A stretch of DNA of 52,662 bases from Spirogloea muscicola (taxonomy: Eukaryota): NCBI GenBank assembly GCA_009602725.1, contig WELB01000010.1, positions 278,025-330,686 of the forward strand. The letters run 5' to 3'. Made by a program: the position numbers and the translations under genes. The notes under the pieces were generated by a model. The model had not been told where the DNA came from and did no database searches. It saw only the letters and a program-made list of their open reading frames with translations. Of this stretch, positions 25,392-35,790 are shown piece after piece; the stretch's first letter is position 1; every line of letters starts with the position of its first letter.

Positions 25392-26937
25392 TCAGTAGGC
25401 GATGCCTCCACTGAGCCCATCACCATCATGGACCAAGCTGTCCGCCAGCCAGTAGCCATCCCAGTGCCCACCCAGTCGCTACCCACCCAGAGAGCATCTG
25501 GACGGAGGTGATCAGTCATCAGAGCATCATGCGTGCAATCAATGCACGACGGGCGCAAGCATTACTCCACTTGTATCAGCTGTATTAAGCAGACATAAAA
25601 TTATGACTCGAGAGCGTAATACAGGGCAGTGCTAACTGGCTTCTGGCTGTCTGCAAGCACTCATGTAAAGGGGGAGGACAGAGGACCGCAGCCTGAGGTG
25701 GGAGGCAGGCAATAGGCGGTGCCCATACACACCTGTACAAGCGAGAGCTCAAAGGTCTCGTCGTCGTCTGGGCGGGCTCCGATGATCCTATACCGCTGTT
25801 TGAATTCGCGCTGACAAGATCGTACCAAGAGTTTGCACACCCACACATTTCGATCAGTCGTCCAGAGGTCAGGGCTGACCAGCAGCAAGCAACCTACACA
25901 AGGCCCGACAGAGCAAGGAACTCCAGCTTGTGCTGTGGAGATGGGCGACAGTCGCGCACAGACAAAGGAATCCTCGGGAGGAACGCCTGACCTCACTTGG
26001 CCGGAATGTGCTGAGGATGGTGGCTTCCTTGTGATGGAGCAGCACTCTGTAGGTTGAGTGGTGGAAGATTCTGCGAAACCGCTCAAACTGGCCTAGATCG
26101 TACGTGTGCCCAAAGTACCTGGACCGTTGAAAGGGATCGAAACCTGCAAACTACAAGCACGATGCAGCGCGAGATTCAGGCGAGTAGGCCGGTGCAGCAG
26201 TCGGTTCGGCAACCCGTGCAGATGCCCCCATCGCTCTGACTTGCCTGCCGGGGCCAATGCCTGGCATCCCCCTCAAGCAGCCCCAAGCGTACTCCTCCGG
26301 AGCATCTTGACGCACTGCTGGTCCTAGAGATGGGGATCCTGTCTACCCTTCCGAGGTGCACAGGTGCAGCTGGTTGCGAGCACACCCTGTACATGACTTC
26401 GACGCCGTGGTCTGCATACGGCTGGTCGTTGTCCTTCAGGGCGCCCAGCTGCACATGCGCCGCCTCTCCTCTGCCGACAGCTGCATGAGGGCGGGGAGAT
26501 CGAGGCGAGCCGCCGGTCACAGGCATCCATGATAGACACTGCCTTGCTCACAGCGTGAGCGAGGCCGAGAGCGGCGGCAGCGCTGCAGCCGCGACTGCTC
26601 CGTTGCTTGCTGCTATACGGCCGTCAGCCGAGAGACGGCGGCGGCGGCATCAGAGACGACACCTGCAGGCTCGGCCCAAGGGGCCTCTCCCTGGCCTTGC
26701 TCCTGCACAGTAGCAGCACCGGCAGACCGGACCCTCCACCGTCAGTCGGACGGCGGCGCTCACGGCCTCGCCATCTACTCGAGGGCCTCGCTAGCGCCAG
26801 GGGGCTCGCGGAGGCTCGCCAGTGCGGCGGGCCGCGGACCAGGACGTCGGCAGGAAGTCGGGGACGCCGCCCGAGGCGACGCAGCGGCCGCCGCCGCGCG
26901 CCGCCGCGAAGGCGCGGCCGAGCGAGGCGGCCGCCAT
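25392..26937 (-). CDS. Conserved green-plant protein of unknown function, probably plastid-targeted; apparent 2-nt frame break at ~26464
   Basis: Exons read LPTSWSKARERPLGPSLQ, QLGALKDNDQPYADHGVEVMYR, FAGFDPFQRSRYFGHTYDLGQFERFRRIFHHSTYRVLL, FKQRYRIIGARPDDDETFELSLVQ and RLGGHWDGYWLADSLVHDGDGLSGGIAY*, with GT-AG boundaries. Confidence 0.8.
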
Positions 26938-26963
26938 GGCGGCGCGGCGGGGCCCCCGATTGC

Positions 26964-26976
26964 AAACCCTAAACCC
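26964..26976 (+). promoter_or_regulatory. Telo-box-like motif (AAACCCTAAACCC) in a ~170-bp bidirectional promoter
   Basis: Lies between the divergent ATGs at 26937 (-) and 27108 (+). Confidence 0.5.
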
Positions 26977-27107
26977 GCTGGGACCCTGGACACTCCATGT
27001 TCCGACCAACCGCGCTCGCTCCAACTCCTGCCGGCGGCGCCCGCGGTGGCCGCCATTGCCGATCGCTTGCCAGTGGCGGCGCCTCGAGGGCGAGCGCCCC
27101 GGTGGCC

Positions 27108-30100
27108 ATGGCGTCCGCTGAGGCTGCGGCGCCTGGCGAGGCGCCAGGGGACGAGGCGGCTGCCGCTTCTCAGCACATTTTGGGTGGGTGCTCTCACTGC
27201 CGTGGAAGCTGCGCCGCTATCCTGAGCACGACGCCTGCCGCTCGGGGCCGCGGTCGAACGCGACGTGAGCCGCTGCAGCAGGGGCGAGGGGCTGCCGTCG
27301 AGCTCTAGCCACTGTGCAAAGCAAGGTGTCGTAGACATGCGCCTGAACGGCGGTTTGCGCGCATGCCTTCTCCTTGGCATGGTGTCATCAGCCGTCGAAG
27401 ATGCGCTGATGCTGGCGATCACCTTCGGTCACATCGTCGCAGTACCATACACGAAAGTGGAGGAGAGCTTCAATGTGCAGGTCGGCCTCAGCCGCTAAAG
27501 TCGTCGTTGATTTGGTCCTCAGCATCTCACCTGGCAGTGGACCCTTTAAGCAAAGATTAGTGGCCAGGACAGCCGACCTCCGCATCACGGCTGCAGTGCG
27601 TTTTCTCCTGAGCTCTCAAAGAACGATTGAGCTCTTCACTGTGACTGCAGGCGATGCACGACTTGCTCTACCATCGTACACACCTTGCCGAGGTCAGGCC
27701 CTGGCCACGCCCTTAGGAAGGCTTGTCTCAGGCTTCTGGCGTCTTCGTCAAAACGGCTCGATGCGCTCCCTCGATCGTGATGTCGAGACATGGTGGGAGC
27801 TGAAGCCCAGTCTGTTCCTCGCGCAGTATGACCATTTCGCATTCCCCGGCGTGGTGCCTCGCACGTTCATCGGTATCTTCAGCCTCATGCTCCTGCTCTG
27901 TGTCAGTGAAGCCGCATGATAGCCGCAAGAATTAGGCATACATTGACATAGTGTGACTCTGAGACGCCTGCGTGAGGAAGGCTCACCTTCTACAGGCCAA
28001 CCAGTCTGGAGCAGCCAATGGCTCACAGCGATGTTGGCTGCCTACCTGGTGCTCGTGTGCAGGGGCGATCGTGGTGAGCCTTTTGTCTGCTCCTCTGGTG
28101 GCAGCTATACAAGCCCTCAGTCTGCCCAAGCTGTACTCTCTTTACGCAGGTCGGCTGCTCCCTCAAGTCTCGAGCATCATGCAAATGTCATCAATTGAGC
28201 CGAATGCTGGCTTTACCGCCGAGAAGACGGGCCTGCCAATGCTGGGCAGGATTGGCAGCCTGATCGAGGCACACAACTTACGTCTGAGCTGACCGGGGTA
28301 GGACATGGATGGCAGTGCGCTTGGTGCAGGGTGCTCTCTTGGTGGCATCGTTCAGCAGGCTCCGCAGACAGGTACATGCGTTCGCACCTAGCCGCTTTCG
28401 CTGAGCCCTGGTGGCGAGTAGGTGTAACCATGGCGGCGGCTCAATGATCTTCCCAGCTTGTGACACTCTGGCCCTCCTCACCCTACAGGTGGCAGAGAAG
28501 TTTGGCATGCCAGCCGGCAGAGCATTTGCACTCGTGACAGCATCTCAGTTCCACCTCCTCTACTACTGCAGCAGGCCGCTGCCCAATTCGTTTGCTTTGA
28601 GCATTGGTGAGTTGTGCACCACAGGAACCCGTGCACGAGTGCCTGTCATGCATCCTGCTGTACCCGACAGGTTCTCTCTGTCAGCAGCGCTTGCAATCGG
28701 AAGTGATGCAGCGTAGTGCGAGTTAGAATGTCGACTTAGCAGCACGTGGTGGTCTTGATACACTCGACACTCTCATGATGTGACAGCCAATCTCGCATAT
28801 GCCTTCTGGCTGCAGGGGCGAGTCCGAGTCACGCTGTCCTTGTTGGTGAGTTTGCCCTTGGATGCCCCTGCTGCTCGTTTGTATGACGGGCTAGCATCCT
28901 GCGACAGCTCTTTGCAAAAGTCAGGGTGTGGCTCTTATTCGTACACACGCGCTTGCTCGGTCGTCCTCGGTGTCACACGATCGGGACAAGAGCAAGTGAC
29001 CGCCAACTGATTCTGTCCCTGCAGGTCTTTGGAACGGTGGCCTTCCGTTGTGACCTTCTCATCCTTCTAGGGCCGATCGGTCTCTCGCTTCTTCTGGTGA
29101 GCCTGCGAGACGGCTGGACCGTGTCATTGATTGGACCCCTCCTTCCTTCTTGTAGCTCTCTGCTGGAATGACGATCCTCTGAAGTAGGCTGCCTTTCCTG
29201 GATAGGGCTTCTGCAATCGCGTCCTAGTTTTCTGAGGAAGATCTTTCATCGCGCGATGCTTCACAGACACGTTCGATCAATCTGTGGAGAGCTGTCGGGT
29301 GCTGTATGTTGGCCGGGCTCATGAGCCTGGGTGAGCTTCCAACTCCACGCTCTCGTGTGGTATGTCAGATGAGATGAATAGCTACTGGCGAGCAGCTACT
29401 GGAGGACTCCTCAAGGGACGTGCGGCTGTGCAGGTGCGACCGTGATAATAGATTCCTACATGTGGCGGAGATGGTTGTGGCCAGAGGGGCAAGTGCTGTG
29501 GTTCAACACTGCTCTGGACCGTAGTTCGGAGTGGGGGGTATCCACCGTTCTGCCACAAATCCCCCCATGCGCAAGCTTGCCTGAACTCTTGGCTCTCCTC
29601 TCCATCTGTGGCAGCTCTGTCGACACAGTCAATGGCTGCGCTGGTGCTTCGTTTGAGTGGTCCTCCATTCTCCAGCCCATAGCCGAGTCCATCCTGAGCC
29701 TGCTGGTGCGGATGGTTGCAAGGCAGGTCGCGTAGTTCACTGATGAAGCTTCGCTTCTGACCTTGGCAGGTGTCACCGGTGCACTGGTACTTCACATCAG
29801 CACTTCCGAGGTCGCTGTTGGGAGCTCTGCCTCTCGCTCTTGTGAGTATATGCAGCATGGCCACCACGTACGTCGTGCACATGTCGGCAGGGCAGAGGGC
29901 TGGTCGACGGGCAAGGCAGGACGCAGGATCCCAGTCGGCTTCGTGTCGTGCGTCTGTCGCAACTTACCATGGAGAGGCTGCCTCTGGCAGGTGGGAACGC
30001 TGGTGGAGCGGAAACTCTGGCAGTACATCGTACCGGCAGTCACCTTCCTCGTCCTCTACTCCAAGCTTCCACACAAGGTCTTTGCCAGACTGGCCGCCGG

Positions 30101-32244
30101 CGTGAGCCGGCCAGAGTTCGAGCCTCCGCTCGGACACGACGACGTGCTCACTTGCGCAGCTGTCCCTCTGTTCCTGCCAGAGCCCTGCTTCAATGAGAGC
30201 TCGGCCGTGACATCTGCCGTGCTCTGGTCACGCTGCTGTCTGCAGGAGTTACGCTTCATATTGCCGGCCCTCCCGCTCTACAACATGGCCGCAGCAGTTG
30301 CTGTTGCAAAGTTGTGAGTCTTCTCTGTGCACAGCAGGAGCCATCAGAGCTTGCATGCTGCTCTGATGAGCGAAGATGTCGTCGGGCCTGCATGCTGGCA
30401 TCCCGACCGAGAGATGACCGGAGTCACTGGTGCAGCACCGGCGCTCGCATGGACGCGTCGCAGAGACACCTGGAAGGAGCTGACTGTGGCACACGGTGCC
30501 ACTCTGCGGCTCAATGGCCCAGGTTTGCCGAGCGGAGAGCATCGGGATCACGCGCGCTCCTCTCGACAGCTTGCGGAGCGCTCCTCCTGGCAAGGTGCAG
30601 CTTGTGAGCCCGTGTACTGATGGTTTCGATTCGACATTAACAGCATCAGCAGCATCTTCTGCTCAAGGCCTGCCTCGTGCATTCCCCGGTCGAGCTCGGG
30701 GGCCCTGGATGCATGCCCATCCTCTCGCTGATCCTGCACGCCAGATGAAGGCTCAGGATGAGGGCTGTCAGCACTCCTCGACAAGCACACGCTGAGCCAG
30801 CCCTGTATATCCGGCGACCGCTCACTCGCTCCGTGCATGGACCTGACTGTGTGCAGCTGGGCTGGGGCGCAAGTGCTTGCAATCGCATCATACCTGAACT
30901 ACCCGGGTGGTCAAGCCAGTGGCGTCCTGCACAACATGGGTCAGTCTTCGTGCGCACGTGCTGTCGTCATCGCACAAAGCGACACAAGACTAAGCGACAC
31001 GAGACTCTGTCCGAGCAAGTCGGCCATGCAAGGGCATCAACCGCTCGAGCCGGTCGAGGGGTATCTATTAGCTCTTAGTAGCTTAGACGCCGTGGACGTA
31101 CAAGTGACCTGCTCACTCCATCCGATCACCTCCCGCAGGCGGAGGTGGCACGCACGGTGACCTGCTCGGGCGCTCGGTTCACGTCAGCGTCTTGCCGGCT
31201 ATGACTGGCTTCTCGAGGTTCTGCGAGAGAGGTCCTCCGTGGAAGTGAGTCATCAGCTCCACCACCGGCAGCTGGCTCGGCACATGCAATGCGGAAACAG
31301 GCAGAGTCGAGAGCTATTCGCATCTATTGAGCACGTTCGCTGGGCCCGGTCTGGCAGGCACGTCACCAGCAAGTCCCCTTTTCATTTCCTAGTATTGAGG
31401 TTCCGTTTCCTCGTGATTGAACGACTCATGCCGATGGTCGCAAACCCCATGTCTTGGCAAGCCTATGCACTCAGTGCAGGACCTTGAAGGCGCAGCTCTA
31501 CTGAGCAGAGAGCTCCAGTGCACATCTAGGCTGACACCAAGCTCTTCTTTCCCTGCTGTCGCAGATATTCCAAAGAGGAAGGCATTCCCCTCCAGAACCT
31601 GGTGCAGCACAACTTCACATTCCTGCTCAGGTGAGTCGCTCATTCGCACGTCAGCCCGGCAACAGCCCGTGGACGAGCCGAGGTGAGGTGACCACGACTA
31701 GCTTCAGCACTGGCGAGGCGGTCGACATGCACCAGCGCACGGTGGTTGCCTGCTCTTGTGGCAATTTAACTCGGCCGTGCTGTCGCCGCCTGCAGTGACG
31801 AAGCGGCGGTCCCTGGCTTCGGCTGCCTGGCCACAGTCACGGGCTTTTCGAGGCTCGAGCTTCGACGGTCTTTTCCTCCTCTGTCCTATGTGAGCTTTCT
31901 GGCCAGTGTCAAGGCTTGGTTTCTGTGCATTGCAAACCCCGAGGAGACTGCCTCATGGATAGATGCTGCGGGTGGTTTGACGGGTCCTGACTGTCTTTGT
32001 GGCAAGCACAAACCGCCCTTGACAGAGTCGACCGCGGTGACAGGTGTTGCTGCCCAAGGTCTACATCCACAAGCGGCTCAGAGACGAAGGACCGGTCAAG
32101 CCCTCTGCTCGAGCAACATACAACCAGTCTGTGTCCCAGGTCGTCTTGCGGGAGCTCATGACAACCAGCCTCGTGCTGGGAGGTGGCGTGCTCTTGACCT
32201 GTCTGACCCGGCAGGCGACCAAACCCAAATTAAAGCTGGGGTGA
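27108..32244 (+). CDS. ALG12: Dol-P-Man:Man7GlcNAc2-PP-Dol alpha-1,6-mannosyltransferase (GT22)
   Basis: Many short exons: [125 protein letters not shown]. Confidence 0.94.
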
Positions 32245-32723
32245 CCAGTCACCTCCGTCCGTCGAGCTTCCCTCCCACGTCGCCACCAGGCCTTACCCTG
32301 ATCAAGGAGAGGTGCCGACGAGTCCTTGATGTGGTTCCCCTGAAGGGCACCCAGTTGCCGCCATGCGCGCTCAGAGTTGTTCTCGCGTACCAGATGAGTC
32401 GGAGCATCAATGGCATTGACACGTGAACAACACGAACACGCCACATGGGAAGCTATGGATCAAACGGGTAGCAACAAGACATTTGGAGGGCACTCTGTAA
32501 GGAGGAGGACGAGGGCCCATCGGTCCAGCCTGGTGGTGCAGCACGGCCTCGCTTCCTCGTGCCCAGATGGCCGGCACTCCTTGTGTAAGAAAGCGAGGTT
32601 CCCGAGCGAGCCCGTGGGGATCTGCTGGCCAAGTTCGTCGTCACCTTGAAGCAAGCCGTCGCACCATGTAGCATGACTGGCTGATGCCCCATACCAAGTG
32701 GGAGTACTGAAGTTGATGTACAG

Positions 32724-32873
32724 GTGAACGAGCGGTCGAGCTGAGAACCATTCGAGCAACCCAGTGGGCCGAAGGAGCGCTCTGTGACTGGGGATGCCCC
32801 GGCACATCGGCTAAATCCAAAGCTGAGGCCGTGCTCCCGTGCGCCCTGGCCATGGCTGCCACCCGCTTAGGGC
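32724..32873 (-). repeat. Dispersed repeat, inverted copy of 41985-42172
   Basis: Reverse complement GCGGGTGGCAGCCATGGCCAGGGCGCACGGGA...GGCCTCAGCTTTGG...GATGTGCCGGGGCATCCCC...GAGCGCTCCTTCGGC...TGGTTCTCAGCTCGA aligns in blocks with 41993-42159. Confidence 0.8.
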
Positions 32874-33682
32874 CCATCACCTGTCTGCTTTCAATGCTCT
32901 CGGACGTGTTAATATTTTTAGTTTCGATGGTAGAAGTCGTGTCAAAGTAGGAACACAGAGTGACGTAAGCAAGAAGCGAAGATGGTATCACTTGACAACA
33001 AAGACAGCGTGAATATACGAGCAAGACTGAAGGTGACAATAAATCAGAGGTCCCACAACGAAGTCGAGAGAGAAGCAAGCAGCGCGCAAATATTGGACCA
33101 AAGAAGGCCACAGACGCTGTAGCGTTGTATCCCATGCTGTGCACACTTCTATCTGATAGACAAGTGGGCAAGGGATGAACACCTGTAGCGCTCCTTGTTG
33201 AATGAAGAACAGCACTAGTATCGTACCTGCCACCTCAGTCACCCCCCACCATCTCCTCCGACCTTGCAGAGCACTAGATCAAGTCATTCAGGTTGCCCGA
33301 GCCTAAGGTCTCATGTCACCAAAGCCCGATGCCTGGCTAGCGTACCAACTCACACAGCCCGGACGACTCGCTCGTCGAATGTCGTCTCGTCCATTGCACG
33401 ACCTGTTGCCTCGATACTTTGATACGATCGCCCCTGTTCACAAATCTTCAGACGATGACTGAGCACGGAAGCAGGTCGATCGCAGTCACGACAGCTGGCG
33501 GATGGGTCGCGTCGGACCGTTGTCTCGTCTGCGCGACGTGTTGCCTCGATTGTTTACTACGATCGCCCAGGCTCTCAGATTCTGATCTCAGGACGATAGC
33601 TGAGGAGAAGTTGGTCGATCTGCCAGCTGGCGCTAGTCGTGAGTATGGCACATAACTTGCGTCGGAGCCAAACTCGGCACGT

Positions 33683-33762
33683 GATCGGATGGCCGAGCGG
33701 TCTAAGGCGCTGGAGTAAGGTTCCAGTCCGAAAGGGCGCGGGTTCAAATCCCGCTCCGGTCA
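33683..33762 (+). tRNA. tRNA-Leu (anticodon AAG)
   Basis: Acceptor stem GATCGGA/TCCGGTC with discriminator A; A-box TGGCCGAGCGG; anticodon arm CTGGA-GTAAGGT-TCCAG; variable arm CCGAAAGG; T-arm GCGGG-TTCAAAT-CCCGC; T5 run at 33776-33780. Confidence 0.92.
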
Positions 33763-33775
33763 TTGGGAGCTCAAC

Positions 33776-33780
33776 TTTTT
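33776..33780 (+). terminator. Putative Pol III oligo(T) terminator
   Basis: TTTTT 14 nt downstream of the tRNA 3' end. Confidence 0.55.
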
Positions 33781-33899
33781 CTTGAGGTTGAAGTGTATCG
33801 GGAAGTGGCGTACGTTGTACAACGTGGGTACCTTTGTTTACAATGACTTGACGATGATGAAGTCTCCGTTTGTAGCCCAGAAGCTTCAAGCTCCACTTT

Positions 33900-34840
33900 G
33901 GAAGCGTTGTTGCTTCAAAGCTCATCGCGCGAGTTTCCCAGTCAGATTTTGGGTTGTCAGCAACCATGTATAGGCTAATGATCAGTAAATACCTGGAAGG
34001 ATCTCCCATACAGGTATGCTTGGTAGACATTCACCTTCGTATGCAGGGTAAAGTTTCTCAGCTGAATTTTTGCTAAGGCTGGTACGGCAATGGTGTCACG
34101 GTGTTCTTCATTATCTTGCTGCTGCTGAGGACAGCACCCATGCCTATTGGAGTCCAATCCACCTCTAGAGAGACTTCCTTGTTGTAGTCCTCAGACGTAA
34201 TTTGAGTCAGAGCGTGTTTTCCCGTTCAATAAAACAGCTGACGCGCTGGCGTCCAATCCCATTTCATTATCCTGAGCAAATCTTGAGAGATCGAGCGTGT
34301 GAGTTCTCAATGAAATGCCTGTAGTAAATTGGCTAAGCCAAGGAAAGAAGGCAATGACTAGAGATCAGTAGGTGCTGAAATTGCCAACACAGCTTGCACT
34401 TGTGCATCTTGTGGGGACAAACCCATGTCAGTAATCTGGTGACCAAGATAGGCAACCTCAGTAATCCCGATTCCGCATTTGCCTGGGTGACGTTCAAGTC
34501 CAGCAAGCCTGATTGTGCCCAGAATCACTTGCAACATGAGTCACATGTTCGGTTTCTCGGTAAACGTCTGACTTGATATCGGCACATCATCAATGTCACG
34601 ACGAGCAAATGAAAGGCCTCTCAAAACCCCTTCGATGACGCTTTGTAATATAATTGGAGCATTCTCGAAAGCAAAAGGCAGTTTGATCCATTGGTAAAGA
34701 GAGCTCGTACCCTGATTGACACCCCAGAATGCTGTCTTGTGTTGATAGAATGTTTGATATCTATACGGTTGTAGCACTGCCTAAGATCCACGACAGAAGA
34801 GTCCACTCGGCCCAGTGAAAGGAGTAATAGTGGCAAGATG
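33900..34840 (-). mobile_element. Degenerate Ty3/Gypsy pol remnant (RT-RNase H)
   Basis: Frameshifted peptides SVVDLRQCYNRI, KTAFWG...LYQWIKLPFAFENAP...VLRGLSFARRDIDDV (YIDD decayed) and YLYGRSFQVFTDH. Confidence 0.8.
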
Positions 34841-35790
34841 CACAGTATGCAATAAGGATCAAAGGCGAGCAGGAAAACATCCGCAGTGTGCTCTGACAAC
34901 AGTCTCACCTAGCAAGGTTTGAGCCGAATGCTGTCTGTTTGGCCACGACCGCCAAGAAGACGGGCCTGCCGATGCTGGGCAGGGTCGGCAGTCTGATCGA
35001 GGCTCACGAGTTGCGTCTGAGCTGACCGGAGTAGGACATGGATGGCAAGTGCGCTTGGTGCAGGGTGCTCTCTTGGTGGCATCGTTCAGCAAGCTCCGCA
35101 GACAGGTACACGCGTTTGCACCTAGCCGCCTTTGCTGAGCCCCAGTGGCGAGTAGGTAGATTCATGGCGGCGACTCGACGCTCTTCCCAGCTTGTGACAC
35201 TCTGGCCCTCCTCACCCTACAGGTGGCAGAGAAGTTTGGCATGCCAGCCGGCAGAGCCTTTGCACTGGATGACAGCATCTCAGTTCCACCTCCTCTCTGC
35301 TGCAGCAAGTCGTTGCCCGACTCGTTTGCTTCGGGCATTGGTGATTTGTGCACCACTGGAAAATCCGTGCACGAGTGCCTGTCATGCATCCGGCTGACGG
35401 GTTCTCTCTGTCGCACTGCTTGCGATTGGAAGTGACGCAACCTCGTGCAGCTCAGAATATCGTAGCAGCACATGGTTGTCTTGATACACTCGACACTCTC
35501 ATGATGCGACAGCCGATCTCGCGTATGCCTTCTGGCTGCACGGACGGGTCCGAGTCACGCTGTCCTTGTTGGTCCTGGGATGCCCCTGCTGCTCGTTTGT
35601 ATGACGGGCAAGCATCCTGCGACAGCTCTTTACAAAAGTCGGGGTGTAGCTTTCCCTGGTACATACGCGCTTGCTTGGTCGTCCTCGGTGCCACACGATC
35701 GGGACAAGAGCAAGTGACCGCCAACTGATTCTGTCCCTGCAGGTCTTTGGAATGGTGGTCTTCTGTTGTGACCTTCTCCTCCTTCTAGGG

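Noticed and set aside
33398..33568. Twice-occurring ~35-bp motif TGTTGCCTCGAT...TACGATCGCCC upstream of the tRNA
   Set aside because: Only two degenerate copies; not a CRISPR-like or regular array, and no function can be supported.
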